The notes under the pieces: generated by a model
Told to the model about the DNA's origin: nothing
Database searches by the model: none
What the model saw: the letters and a program-made list of their open reading frames with translations, nothing else
Position numbers and translations under genes: made by a program
Source: Eubacteriales bacterium
GTDB lineage: Bacteria; Bacillota; Clostridia; Oscillospirales; CAG-272
Length of the DNA stretch: 45,858 bases
Assembly: GCA_045588595.1 (NCBI GenBank)
Contig: JAZNEM010000113.1
Span: 1 to 45,858, forward strand
Direction of reading: 5' to 3'
Part shown: piece by piece, positions 25,390 through 35,146 of the stretch
Layout: the number at the start of each line of letters is the position of its first letter
How positions within the stretch are numbered: position 1 is the first letter of the stretch

Positions 25390-26510
25390 AGATAGGGGAT
25401 TCCGTCCTTACTAATGACGAAAAAGCTGTGTTCCGTCTTCGTGACCTTTACGGTAAATACGGATATTCGCAATATAAGATGAGCAAGTTCGAGGAGTATG
25501 ACCTTTATGTCAGAAACAAAAACTTTCTCATTTCCGATCATATAATCACATTTAATGATCGAAGCGGAAAGCTTATGGCGCTAAAGCCCGATGTGACTTT
25601 GTCTATCGTTAAGAATACAAAGGACGTTTCGGGATACGTCAATAAGGTCTACTATAACGAGAACGTTTACAGAGTACAAAAGGGAAGCGATTCTTTTAAG
25701 GAAATAATGCAAGTCGGACTTGAGTGCGTAGGCGAGATAGACAGATATTGTTTATCCGAGGTGCTTTCTCTTGCGCTTGCGAGCTTGAGAGAAATATCCG
25801 ATGACTTCGTGCTTGACGTATCTCACCTTGGCGTATTATCGGCAGTTCTTGATACAATGAACGTATCCGAAGAAGCAAGAGGAAAGCTTTTGCATTGCGT
25901 AGGTGAAAAGAATACGCATGGGATAGATGCTATATGCGCATCGGAGGCAGTTCCCGCCGATGCTTGTGACGAGCTTAAAGCACTTGTTGCAACCTACGGA
26001 GAGCCCGTAAGCGTTATTGCAAAGCTCAAAGAGATAATTACGAATGAGAACGGCAAAAAGGCTCTCTCGGAGCTTGAAGAAGTACTTCTTTCGGTTGGTG
26101 CTGACACTAAAAAGGGAAGCGTACGCATAGATTTCTCTGTAATAAACGATATGAGCTATTATAACGGTATCGTTTTTCGCGGGTTTATAAACGGAGTACC
26201 AACAGGTATTCTTTCGGGGGGGCAGTACGACCTTTTGATGAAGAAGATGGGCAAAAAGGCAGGAGCTATCGGCTTTGCGGTATATCCCGATCTGCTTAAT
26301 GACAGAGAGACGAGTGAGGATTATGACGTTGACACTCTTATCCTTTATGATGAGGACGCGGATATCGGAGCTTTGAGAGCGTCGATCCGTATGCTTACCG
26401 ATAGTGGAAAGAGCGTTATGGCGCAGAGAAGTGTGCCCGAGAAATTGAGATACAGACAATTGCTCAGATTTAAAGAAAGAGGGGTGGAGATCCTTGAAAC
26501 AAATGCTTAA
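25386..26510 (+). CDS. hisZ: ATP phosphoribosyltransferase regulatory subunit
   Basis: HisRS-like paralog lacking the anticodon-binding domain, immediately upstream of a short-form hisG. The real start is the ATG at 25386 (MKIGDSVL, GGAGGA SD), not the track start at 25320. Confidence 0.88.
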   Translation: MKIGDSVLTNDEKAVFRLRDLYGKYGYSQYKMSKFEEYDLYVRNKNFLISDHIITFNDRSGKLMALKPDVTLSIVKNTKDVSGYVNKVYYNENVYRVQKGSDSFKEIMQVGLECVGEIDRYCLSEVLSLALASLREISDDFVLDVSHLGVLSAVLDTMNVSEEARGKLLHCVGEKNTHGIDAICASEAVPADACDELKALVATYGEPVSVIAKLKEIITNENGKKALSELEEVLLSVGADTKKGSVRIDFSVINDMSYYNGIVFRGFINGVPTGILSGGQYDLLMKKMGKKAGAIGFAVYPDLLNDRETSEDYDVDTLILYDEDADIGALRASIRMLTDSGKSVMAQRSVPEKLRYRQLLRFKERGVEILETNA

Positions 26511-27132
26511 CGTTGCGCTTCCCAAGGGAAGACTTGGCGAAAAGGTATATTCCATGTTCGAGAAAGCAGGATTTGAATGTCCCTCGATACGCGAGAATAA
26601 CAGAAAACTTATATTTGAAAACGAAGAATGCGGAGTAAGATACTTTTGGGTAAAGCCGTCCGACGTTGCGATATACGTTGAGCGCGGAGCGGCAGATATA
26701 GGTGTTGCGGGTAAGGATATCCTGCTCGAATACGAACCCGATGTCTACGAGCTTCTCGATTTGAATACGGGTAAGTGCCGTATGGCAGTCGCGGCTAAAA
26801 ATGGCTTTCGTGACAATGCGGCAAGAACTCTTCGCGTAGCTACGAAATTTTCCAATATCGCGGGAGATTATTATGCGTCTATCGGCAGAGATATCGATAT
26901 AATCCATCTGAACGGTTCTATCGAGATAGCACCGATACTCGACCTTTCGGACGTTATCGTCGATATCGTTGAAACGGGAACGACCTTAAAGGAAAACGAC
27001 CTTGAGGTCATAGAGACCATAGTTGATATAAGCGCGAGACTTATCGCGAACAAATCAAGCTTTAAATTTAAGAACGAGCCGATAGAGAGACTTGTAAAGA
27101 GCCTTGCTATGCAGGTAGAGGAGAAGAAATGA
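26503..27132 (+). CDS. hisG: ATP phosphoribosyltransferase, short form
   Basis: About 209 aa. LNVALPKGRLGEKV... and no C-terminal regulatory domain, consistent with HisZ dependence. The ATG at 26503 is preferred over the TTG at 26494. Confidence 0.9.
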   Translation: MLNVALPKGRLGEKVYSMFEKAGFECPSIRENNRKLIFENEECGVRYFWVKPSDVAIYVERGAADIGVAGKDILLEYEPDVYELLDLNTGKCRMAVAAKNGFRDNAARTLRVATKFSNIAGDYYASIGRDIDIIHLNGSIEIAPILDLSDVIVDIVETGTTLKENDLEVIETIVDISARLIANKSSFKFKNEPIERLVKSLAMQVEEKK

Positions 27133-28403
27133 TAAACATACTTAAATATGGAGAAGTATCTAACAGTGAGATATTTTCACGCGCCGTGCCTACTGTAAAC
27201 GTAGAAGCAACAGTTGCGGATATTATCGCAAACGTTCGAAAGAACGGTGATGAAGCATTGCTTTATTATTGCAAAAAGTTTGACGGTGCGGAGCTTTCCA
27301 CGCTCGTGGTAAGCGAGGAGGAGATAAACGAGGCTTTTTCATCGGTTGAGCCTAAATTTATTGAGATACTTGAAAAGGCGGCAAAAAATATCAGAGCTTT
27401 TCATGAAAAGCAGGTACGCAACAGCTTTATTATAAACAATGAAAACGGAATCGTCATAGGACAAAAGGTTATCCCCGTAGACAAGGCTGGACTTTATGTT
27501 CCGGGCGGTACGGCTGCATATCCGTCAACTGTTCTTATGGACGCTATCCCTGCAAAAATTGCCGGTTGTCGTGAGGTCGTAATGGTAACTCCTCCTAACA
27601 AAGAGGGAAAGGTGAATCCCGTAATTCTGGCGGCGGCAAAGATAGCTGGTATCGACCGCATCTTCAAGGTTGGCGGAGCACAGGCGGTAGCCGCTCTTGC
27701 GTACGGTACGGAAAGCGTACCGAAGGTCGATAAGATAGTAGGACCTGGTAACGCTTTCGTTGCCGAGGCTAAAAAACAGGTGTTTGGTGTTGTTTCTATC
27801 GATATGATAGCAGGACCGAGCGAAATACTTATAGTTGCCGACGGTAAAAGCAACCCTCGTCACGTGGCGGCAGACCTTCTTTCACAGGCAGAGCACGATA
27901 GAATGGCTAGTGCCGTCCTCGTTACCGATTCGTACGAGCTTGCGACAGACGTAAGCGCGGAGCTTGAGAGACAGATACCTTTGCTTGAACGTGCCGAGAT
28001 AGCAAGAGAATCCATAGATAAAAACGGAAAGATAATAGTTGCCGATACACTTTATGCGGCTATCGAGATCGCAAACGAGATCGCTCTTGAGCACCTTGAA
28101 CTTTGCGTTGATAATCCTTTCGATTATCTTGATGCTATCCGTCACGCAGGCTCGATATTTATGGGCAGAAATTGCCCCGAAGCACTTGGAGATTATTTCG
28201 CAGGTCCTAACCACACGCTTCCCACAAGCGGAACGGCAAAATTCTCAAGCCCTCTTTCAGTTGATGACTTCGTTAAGAAAACGCAGTATACTTATTATAC
28301 AAAAGACGCCCTTGAAAAAGTCGCGCGCGACGTTGCTTTCTTTGCTGAAAAGGAAGGTCTTACCGCCCACGCCAAGAGCGCGGTAGTCAGATTAGAGGAT
28401 TGA
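27129..28403 (+). CDS. hisD: histidinol dehydrogenase
   Basis: 424 aa. [19 protein letters not shown] and [11 protein letters not shown] motifs. ATGA overlap with hisG. Confidence 0.93.
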   Translation: MINILKYGEVSNSEIFSRAVPTVNVEATVADIIANVRKNGDEALLYYCKKFDGAELSTLVVSEEEINEAFSSVEPKFIEILEKAAKNIRAFHEKQVRNSFIINNENGIVIGQKVIPVDKAGLYVPGGTAAYPSTVLMDAIPAKIAGCREVVMVTPPNKEGKVNPVILAAAKIAGIDRIFKVGGAQAVAALAYGTESVPKVDKIVGPGNAFVAEAKKQVFGVVSIDMIAGPSEILIVADGKSNPRHVAADLLSQAEHDRMASAVLVTDSYELATDVSAELERQIPLLERAEIARESIDKNGKIIVADTLYAAIEIANEIALEHLELCVDNPFDYLDAIRHAGSIFMGRNCPEALGDYFAGPNHTLPTSGTAKFSSPLSVDDFVKKTQYTYYTKDALEKVARDVAFFAEKEGLTAHAKSAVVRLED

Positions 28404-28405
28404 GA

Positions 28406-28636
28406 GGACGAGTTCGAGAACTTTCTTAAAAGAAAGTTCTCGAACTCTCAAAGAATTTTTTGCAAGTTGTTTTTTGTGTTTGTTTCGCTGTAATTGTTTG
28501 TAACGGACAGTCGAGGACGCCTGTCCCTACATGGTTAAGGAAAAAATTCGTTAAATTATCTCTCGCCGTAGGCGACGGTGTAACAACACAATTTTAATTT
28601 TTACATTGTAGGGACAGGCGTCCTCGACTGTCCGTT
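28406..28636 (+). repeat. mosaic palindromic repeat element, partial copy B, inside the his operon
   Basis: GGACGAG terminus 2 nt after the hisD TGA. H1 is a 16-bp perfect palindrome GTTCGAGAACTTTCTT-AA-AAGAAAGTTCTCGAAC (28412-28445). Linker CTCAAAGAATTTTTT. H2 has 29-bp perfect arms ACGGACAGTCGAGGACGCCTGTCCCTACA / TGTAGGGACAGGCGTCCTCGACTGTCCGT (28503-28635) with a 75-nt loop. Confidence 0.85.
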
Positions 28637-28663
28637 TACGAAAGAAAAAAGGAACTATAAACC

Positions 28664-29728
28664 ATGAGCAGATTTTTTAGCAACAAATACGCATCTTTAG
28701 TGCCGTACACACCTGGTGAGCAACCAAAAGAGATGCAATACATAAAGCTCAATACGAACGAGTCACCGTTTCCGCCGTCGAAAAAGGCGATGGAAAAAGC
28801 TGCAGAGGCGGCAGAGAGGCTTCAGCTTTATTCCGATCCCGAGTGCCGTGCGCTTAACGCGGCTATGGCGAATCGTTTCGGTGTGAACACGGACGAGATA
28901 CTTATGACAAACGGCTCGGACGAGATACTCAATTTTGCCTTTATGGCGTTCTGTGATGAGAAAACTCCCGCGGCATTCGCTGATATAACCTACGGCTTTT
29001 ACAGTGTATTTGCCGAGATAAATCGTTTGCCTTACCGTATAATTCCGCTCAACAAGGATTTTACCATTAACGTCGAGGATTATATGGGGATAGGCTGTAC
29101 CGTGTTTATCGCGAATCCGAATGCTCCGACGGGTATTGCGCTTCCCGTTTCGGAAATAGAAAAAATAGTCAAGAGCAACCCCGATAATATCGTTGTAATT
29201 GATGAAGCGTACGTTGATTTCGGAGCAGAGAGTTGTGTTCCGCTTATAAAGAAGTACGACAATCTTCTCGTTACGCAGACTTTTTCAAAATCGCGTTCGA
29301 TGGCAGGCGCGCGCCTTGGCTTCGGCATAGGAAATCGCGAAATCATTGCCGACCTCAATACCATAAAATATTCGACAAATCCCTACAACATAAACTCAAT
29401 GACTATGGCGGCAGGTATTGGTGCTATAAGCGATGATGATTATAACATGAATAACTGCAAGACTATCGTTGAAAACAGAGAATACACGGTAAAAGAGCTT
29501 AAAAAATTAGGCTTTACAATGACAGATTCTTCGACGAATTTCATATTTGCGCAGAGCGACAGGATAGAGGGCGGCGAGCTTTATCGCAAGCTTAAAGAGA
29601 GAGGAATACTCGTACGCCACTTTGACAAGGCGGCAATAAGCAATTACAACCGCATTACGATAGGAACGCGAGAGCAGATGCAGACCTTTATTAATACGGT
29701 AGTAAGTATTCTGGAGGAAAAACAATGA
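28664..29728 (+). CDS. hisC: histidinol-phosphate aminotransferase
   Basis: 354 aa. NPNAPTG and the PLP-lysine motif TFSKSRSMAGARLG. Confidence 0.92.
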   Translation: MSRFFSNKYASLVPYTPGEQPKEMQYIKLNTNESPFPPSKKAMEKAAEAAERLQLYSDPECRALNAAMANRFGVNTDEILMTNGSDEILNFAFMAFCDEKTPAAFADITYGFYSVFAEINRLPYRIIPLNKDFTINVEDYMGIGCTVFIANPNAPTGIALPVSEIEKIVKSNPDNIVVIDEAYVDFGAESCVPLIKKYDNLLVTQTFSKSRSMAGARLGFGIGNREIIADLNTIKYSTNPYNINSMTMAAGIGAISDDDYNMNNCKTIVENREYTVKELKKLGFTMTDSSTNFIFAQSDRIEGGELYRKLKERGILVRHFDKAAISNYNRITIGTREQMQTFINTVVSILEEKQ

Positions 29729-30312
29729 GACAGGCTGAAATAAAAAGAAATACTAATGAAACTAATATAGAGCTTACGCTTAATATTGACGGTGTTGGAA
29801 AGAGCACTGTAGCAACGGGCTGTGGATTCCTTGACCATATGCTTGTTCTTTTTGCGCGTCACGGCAGATTTGACCTTGACGTTAGTTGCAAGGGAGACGT
29901 TGAAGTCGATTATCATCACACCGCAGAGGACGTGGGGATCTGTCTTGGTAAAGCCTTTGCCGAGGCTCTCGGAGAAAAGAGAGGCATCGTTCGATATGGC
30001 TCTATGACACTTCCGATGGACGAAACGCTCGTAATCGCGGCGGCAGACCTCTCGGGTAGAGCATATCTCGGATACGCACTTGATATTCCCACAGAAAAGG
30101 TTGGGGATTTCGACACCGAGCTTGTAAAGGAATTCTTCTTTGCTTTTGTAAGAACTGCGGAATGTACGCTCCATATAAGACAACTTGCGGGTGAAAATTC
30201 GCACCACATAATAGAGGGAGCGTTCAAGGCGTTCGGAAGAGCGATGAAGCAAGCTGTAGCTATTGACGAAGCTTTTGCAGACGAGATCCCCTCGACTAAG
30301 GGGGCTCTTTGA
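29725..30312 (+). CDS. hisB: imidazoleglycerol-phosphate dehydratase
   Basis: 195 aa. RNTNETNIEL, DYHHTAEDVGI and HHIIEGAFKAFG motifs. Confidence 0.93.
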   Translation: MRQAEIKRNTNETNIELTLNIDGVGKSTVATGCGFLDHMLVLFARHGRFDLDVSCKGDVEVDYHHTAEDVGICLGKAFAEALGEKRGIVRYGSMTLPMDETLVIAAADLSGRAYLGYALDIPTEKVGDFDTELVKEFFFAFVRTAECTLHIRQLAGENSHHIIEGAFKAFGRAMKQAVAIDEAFADEIPSTKGAL

Positions 30313-30929
30313 TGATTGCGATAGTTGATTACGGAGTCGGAAATCTTTTTTCGCTCAAAAGCTCGCTTATATGCGTAGGTGCTGACACGGTAGTTACCGC
30401 GGACAAGCAGGTCTTGCGAGATGCGGATAAAATACTTCTCCCGGGTGTCGGCGCGTTTGGAGACGCGGCAAGAAAGCTTCGCGACTGCGGACTTGCGGAG
30501 GTAGTCATTGACGAAGCAAAAAAAGGGAAAAGAATACTCGGTATCTGTCTTGGTATGCAGATGCTTCTTGAAAAAAGCTTTGAGTATGGAGAGCATGATG
30601 GACTCGGACTTATAAAGGGCGAGATAAGACCTATTTCGGACGTTATACCAAAAGGTCTTAAAATTCCGCACATTGGTTGGAACGCTCTTAATTTCGGAGA
30701 GAAAAAGAACGAGCTTTTTAAATACGTAAATGAGGGAGAGCACGTTTATTTCGTACATTCCTATTACGGTGCGAAGTGTGATGAGGCGGTTATAGCTACG
30801 GCAGATTACGGAGCAGCTCTTACAGCGGCAGTCGCTATGGACAACGTATACGGCTGTCAGTTTCACCCCGAAAAGAGTGGCAGAGTAGGGCTTTCTATCC
30901 TACGCGCGTTTAACGAAATGAAAGATTGA
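30309..30929 (+). CDS. hisH: imidazole glycerol phosphate synthase, glutamine amidotransferase subunit
   Basis: 206 aa. Catalytic GICLGMQ cysteine and QFHPEKS. Confidence 0.93.
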   Translation: MMIAIVDYGVGNLFSLKSSLICVGADTVVTADKQVLRDADKILLPGVGAFGDAARKLRDCGLAEVVIDEAKKGKRILGICLGMQMLLEKSFEYGEHDGLGLIKGEIRPISDVIPKGLKIPHIGWNALNFGEKKNELFKYVNEGEHVYFVHSYYGAKCDEAVIATADYGAALTAAVAMDNVYGCQFHPEKSGRVGLSILRAFNEMKD

Positions 30930-30949
30930 AATAAAAGAGGCATTTACAC

Positions 30950-31663
30950 ATGAATATATTTCCTGCAATAGACCTTTTCGGAGGAAAGGCGGTACGTCTT
31001 TACAAAGGCGATTACGCACAGATGACGGTCTATAATGACCGTCCGCTTGAAGTTGCAAAGGATTTTGAGCGCGAGGGCGCAAAATTTTTACACCTCGTTG
31101 ACCTTGAGGGCGCAAAAAGCGGACTTACTCCGAATCTCGAAACGATAAAAGAGATAGTTGAAAATACCGACCTGTTTTGTGAGGTCGGTGGTGGTATAAG
31201 AAGTATGGAGACTGTCAAGACCTATCTTGATGCGGGTGTTGACCGCGTGATACTCGGTACAGCGGCGGTTACCGACCCCGATTTTGTCGCACGCGCGACA
31301 TCCGAATACGGAGAGCGTATAGCTGTCGGTGCTGACATCAAGGACGGAAAGGTTGCTATCAAGGGCTGGACCGAGACGAGTGACCTTACAGCAGAAGAAT
31401 TTTTTGCGAAAATGCAGAGTCTCCACGTGCGTACTGTAATTTGCACCGACGTATCAAAGGACGGTGCGATGATGGGTACAAATCACGAGCTTTATCGCGA
31501 GCTGTCCGAAAAATTTGACATGCAGATAGTCGCTTCGGGTGGTGTATCAACTATTGAGGACGTGAAGAAACTTGCTGAGCGAGGACTTTACGGTGCGATA
31601 ATAGGTAAGGCGTATTATACGGGAGCGATATCGCTTTGCGAGGCTATCGAGGTGGCAAAATGA
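30950..31663 (+). CDS. hisA: 1-(5-phosphoribosyl)-5-[(5-phosphoribosylamino)methylideneamino]imidazole-4-carboxamide isomerase
   Basis: 237 aa. IFPAIDLFGGKAVRLYKGDY and the (beta/alpha)8 HisA pattern. Confidence 0.92.
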   Translation: MNIFPAIDLFGGKAVRLYKGDYAQMTVYNDRPLEVAKDFEREGAKFLHLVDLEGAKSGLTPNLETIKEIVENTDLFCEVGGGIRSMETVKTYLDAGVDRVILGTAAVTDPDFVARATSEYGERIAVGADIKDGKVAIKGWTETSDLTAEEFFAKMQSLHVRTVICTDVSKDGAMMGTNHELYRELSEKFDMQIVASGGVSTIEDVKKLAERGLYGAIIGKAYYTGAISLCEAIEVAK

Positions 31664-32418
31664 TAACTAAACGTATTATTCCTTGTCTTGACGTTAAAAA
31701 CGGACGAGTTGTCAAGGGTGTGAATTTTCTTGGGCTCAACGACGTGTCCTCGCCTGTCGAACTTGCGAAATATTATAGCGACAACGGTGCGGACGAGCTT
31801 GTTTTTTACGACATCACAGCATCTGCCGAGGGGCGTGCTCTCTTTACCGACATTCTTTGCGAGGTGGCAAGTCAGATATTTATTCCGCTCACAGTAGGCG
31901 GAGGTATAAATACGCTTGACGATTTTGACAGAGTTCTCAAATGCGGTGCGGACAAGGTTAGTGTTAATTCCGGAGCTATCCGTAATCCTGAGCTTGTACG
32001 CGAGGCGGCAAAACGTTACGGAGATCAATGTGTCGTGCTTTCTGCCGACGTAAAACGTGTTGACGGTGTTTTTCGCGTGTTTGCCAAGGGCGGTCGCGAG
32101 AACACGGGCATGGAAGCTATTTCTTGGATAAAGCGTTGCGTCGATATGGGTGCGGGCGAGGTTGTTCTCAATTCAATTGACACTGATGGAGTAAAGCAGG
32201 GCTTTGATATAGAAATGCTTGATGCGGTCTGCAACGCTGTATCCGTTCCCGTTATCGCTTCGGGAGGGGCTGGTTGTATCGACCACTTTACAAAGCTTTT
32301 TAAAGCTTTGCCCAAGGTGGACGCGGGACTTGCCGCATCTATCTTCCATTTCCACGAGGTCGATATCGGAGACCTCAAACGTGAGCTTTCAGCTAACGGA
32401 ATTCCAATGAGAATATAA
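31660..32418 (+). CDS. hisF: imidazole glycerol phosphate synthase, cyclase subunit
   Basis: [20 protein letters not shown]... The start is the ATG at 31660 (ATGA overlap with the hisA stop), not the track start at 31636. Confidence 0.93.
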   Translation: MITKRIIPCLDVKNGRVVKGVNFLGLNDVSSPVELAKYYSDNGADELVFYDITASAEGRALFTDILCEVASQIFIPLTVGGGINTLDDFDRVLKCGADKVSVNSGAIRNPELVREAAKRYGDQCVVLSADVKRVDGVFRVFAKGGRENTGMEAISWIKRCVDMGAGEVVLNSIDTDGVKQGFDIEMLDAVCNAVSVPVIASGGAGCIDHFTKLFKALPKVDAGLAASIFHFHEVDIGDLKRELSANGIPMRI

Positions 32419-32431
32419 AAGGAGACTTATC

Positions 32432-33082
32432 ATGATAAACATAAATGAACTAAAATTTGACGAAAAGGGTCTTATTCCCGCGATCGTAGTCGATTCTATC
32501 ACAAAGCGTGTGTTGACCCTTGCATATATGAATCGCGAAAGCCTTGAGATTTCTATGGAAAAGGGTCTTACTTGTTTTTGGAGTCGTTCAAGACAGGAGC
32601 TTTGGCTCAAAGGTGAGACGAGCGGAAATTATCAGCATATCGTCAGCATTACCGCCGATTGCGATAAGGATGCGCTTGTAGTCGTGGTTGAACCCGATGG
32701 TCCAGCTTGCCACCTTGGTACAGAATCTTGCTTTGAAAATCCCGTCTGGCAGAGTGATGATAAGCACGAGTTTTCATTGCAGAGCCTTATGTCTCTTATC
32801 GAAGGCAGAAAAACAGAAAAAAAGGAAGGCTCTTACACGACCTACTTATTTGAAAAGGGAATCGATAAAATTCTTAAAAAGGTCGGTGAGGAGTCTACCG
32901 AGGTAATTATCGCGGGTAAAGCCGATGATAAAGCTGAAACTATCTATGAAATCGCAGACCTTACCTATCACCTCATGGTACTTATGATCGAAATGGGTAT
33001 CTCCCTTGAGGATATACACAAAGAACTGGCCTCTCGCCATGTTATCGATCACAAGGTCAAGCAGGAAAAGATGACTAAGTAA
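32432..33082 (+). CDS. hisI: bifunctional phosphoribosyl-AMP cyclohydrolase / phosphoribosyl-ATP pyrophosphatase
   Basis: 216 aa. N-terminal PRA-CH (LIPAIVVD..., [16 protein letters not shown]) and C-terminal PRA-PH (SYTTYLF...EESTEVIIA). Confidence 0.92.
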   Translation: MININELKFDEKGLIPAIVVDSITKRVLTLAYMNRESLEISMEKGLTCFWSRSRQELWLKGETSGNYQHIVSITADCDKDALVVVVEPDGPACHLGTESCFENPVWQSDDKHEFSLQSLMSLIEGRKTEKKEGSYTTYLFEKGIDKILKKVGEESTEVIIAGKADDKAETIYEIADLTYHLMVLMIEMGISLEDIHKELASRHVIDHKVKQEKMTK

Positions 33083-33381
33083 GGACGCGAGGGATGCGGG
33101 GATGCGTTCGACCCTTTCTTGAAATAAAGGGTCGAACCCCAAAGAACTTCACTAAAACGACTTTATATGTAGTCAATTTGTTTTGATTGAATGAAACGGA
33201 CAGTCGAGGATGATATGCCCCCAAAAAGTGTCTAACTTTTGGGGGGCATATCATCCTCGACTGTCCTAAAAACAAACAAATATAAATTTTACAAACGGTT
33301 ATTATAAATAACCTCTTGATTAGTTTTCTTTTTTGGTTACTTTTTTCTTTTTTAAAAGAAAAAAGTAACATAATCGCGTCC
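33083..33381 (+). repeat. full-length mosaic palindromic repeat element (copy C)
   Basis: Starts with GGACGCG directly after the hisI TAA. Ends CGCGTCC one nt before the TTA stop of the convergent PPIase gene. Hairpins at 33106-33137, 33198-33266 (about 30-bp stem), 33297-33313 and 33336-33369 (16-bp perfect palindrome). Confidence 0.85.
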
Positions 33382-33382
33382 T

Positions 33383-33889
33383 TTACTTACTAACTACCTC
33401 AATACTGTCGATAATAACGGGAGTTTTAGGAACGTCCTGCATATACCAGCCGAAGTTACCCGTTTTAACGGACGCGATAGCATCAAGGACATCGAGACCG
33501 TCGGTGACCTTACCGAAGCCTGCATACTGTGCATCAAGGTGAGGAGCGTCCATATGCATAACGAAGAACTGAGAAGAAGCTGAATCGGGGTCTTGTGTAC
33601 GAGCCATAGAGAGAACTCCGCGGGTATGCTTAAGGTCATTCTGCATAAAACCGTTAGCCTTAAACTCTCCCTTAATGGATTCAGCGTCCTTGTGGTCCAT
33701 ATTCTCGTCATATCCGCCGCCTTGGATCATAAATCCTTTAATGATACGGTGGAAGATAAGACCCGAGAAAAAGCCGCTTTCAGCGAGCTTAACGAAATTC
33801 GCAACTGTTTTAGGAGCTTTTTCGGGATAGAGCTCTGCGGTCATAGTACCGAAGTCGCGTACGTTGATCTTAATAATAGGATTGTTCAT
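33383..33889 (-). CDS. ppiB: peptidyl-prolyl cis-trans isomerase, cyclophilin type
   Basis: 168 aa. FHRIIKGFMIQGGG and SQFFVMH motifs. Confidence 0.88.
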   Translation of the reverse strand: MNNPIIKINVRDFGTMTAELYPEKAPKTVANFVKLAESGFFSGLIFHRIIKGFMIQGGGYDENMDHKDAESIKGEFKANGFMQNDLKHTRGVLSMARTQDPDSASSQFFVMHMDAPHLDAQYAGFGKVTDGLDVLDAIASVKTGNFGWYMQDVPKTPVIIDSIEVVSK

Positions 33890-33916
33890 TTTGTTATTCC
33901 TTTCAATGTATAAAAT

Positions 33917-34309
33917 TTAATTGATTTCTTTGTTGATTTGAGGATAAGCGAGAACAAAAAGCTCGTTTATTCTCTCTTGTTTTTTTGCCAGATAGAGATA
34001 TCCGAAAAGCGCTTCCATGCCCGTTGCGGCTCTATACTCTGCAACCGTTGCGGCTTTGGGAGTGTTCGAGTGTCCAAGATTTCTTCCGCGTTTAAATACT
34101 GATTCCTCTTCCTCTGTAAGATGCGGCAATATCCGCTTCATAGCCTCTGCTTGCATAGGAGCGCGAACAAAATCGAGAGCTGTTTTATTGAGCTTAGCGG
34201 ACGACGATATACCTGATTTTACAAGATGCTCGCGAACGCATATTTCTATTACGCTGTCTCCAAGATAGGCAAGCGCGTGCGTAGAGTAGGTGTTAAGTAA
34301 TTGCTCCAT
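33917..34309 (-). CDS. mrnC: Mini-ribonuclease 3
   Basis: 130 aa. LAYLGDSVIEICVREHL (RNase III catalytic motif) without a dsRBD. Confidence 0.85.
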   Translation of the reverse strand: MEQLLNTYSTHALAYLGDSVIEICVREHLVKSGISSSAKLNKTALDFVRAPMQAEAMKRILPHLTEEEESVFKRGRNLGHSNTPKAATVAEYRAATGMEALFGYLYLAKKQERINELFVLAYPQINKEIN

Positions 34310-34330
34310 AGTAAAATAAAGCCTTTCTTG

Positions 34331-35104
34331 TCAAAAAGTTACTCGTTCTACGTGTACGACCTTCATAGAGTCGGTGTCAATGGTAAAGATAGCGCCTTGA
34401 GCGCGCACTTCACCGCTCGCAACGGTGAATCTAACGGGCATTTTTGTGCGCATCTTTTCAATTACCGCGGATATATCCGTTCCGATCACGCTATCGATAG
34501 GTCCTGTCATACCGATATCGGTTATGTACCCGCTTCCTTGAGGAAGTATCTGTTCGTCGGCAGTGGGAACGTGCGTATGTGTGCCGAAAATAATGTGTAT
34601 GCGACCGTCAAAATATCTGCCGAGAGCAATCTTTTCGCTCGTCGCTTCGGCGTGAATATCAAGGAGGGCTATATCGTAGCTTCCTTTTTCGCGTTCAAGT
34701 ATGCGGTCAACGGTTGCAAAAGGACACGCCATAGACTCCATAAGAGCCGTTCCCAGAACATTTATTCCGAGTATGCGCCAACCGCATACATTGATAATAG
34801 TGTAACCGCTACCCGGTGAAAGAGGGGGATAGTTTGCAGGTCTTATAATGTTTTGCGAGTCGGAGAGTAAGGTACAGATATCACGTCTGCCGTAAGTATG
34901 GTTTCCGAGCGTTATGAGATCAACGCCCGCATCAAACAGATCTTGCGCATTTACTGCCGATATGCCGTGTATTTCAGTAGCGTTTTCTCCGTTTGCAACG
35001 ACGAGATCAGCTCCTATTGAGCTGCGGAATTTCCAAAGATTATTTTTTAAATATTCGACGGCACAAGAGCCGACGACATCGCCAAGGGTAAGAATTTTTA
35101 TCAT
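34331..35104 (-). CDS. ymdB: YmdB-type (TIGR00282-like) metallophosphoesterase
   Basis: 257 aa. MIKILTLGDVVG, VANGENA, GNHT and HAEATSEK motifs. Confidence 0.85.
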   Translation of the reverse strand: MIKILTLGDVVGSCAVEYLKNNLWKFRSSIGADLVVANGENATEIHGISAVNAQDLFDAGVDLITLGNHTYGRRDICTLLSDSQNIIRPANYPPLSPGSGYTIINVCGWRILGINVLGTALMESMACPFATVDRILEREKGSYDIALLDIHAEATSEKIALGRYFDGRIHIIFGTHTHVPTADEQILPQGSGYITDIGMTGPIDSVIGTDISAVIEKMRTKMPVRFTVASGEVRAQGAIFTIDTDSMKVVHVERVTF

Positions 35105-35146
35105 GGGTTAATTTCTTTCTATAAGATTGTTACATTTGATTTTTTA

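Noticed and set aside
25836-26555. 239-aa minus-strand ORF; likewise 29644-30252 and 29916-30866 (202 and 316 aa)
   Set aside because: All are antisense to his genes with textbook motifs (hisZ/hisG, hisB/hisH). Long antisense frames are expected by chance in this codon-biased DNA.
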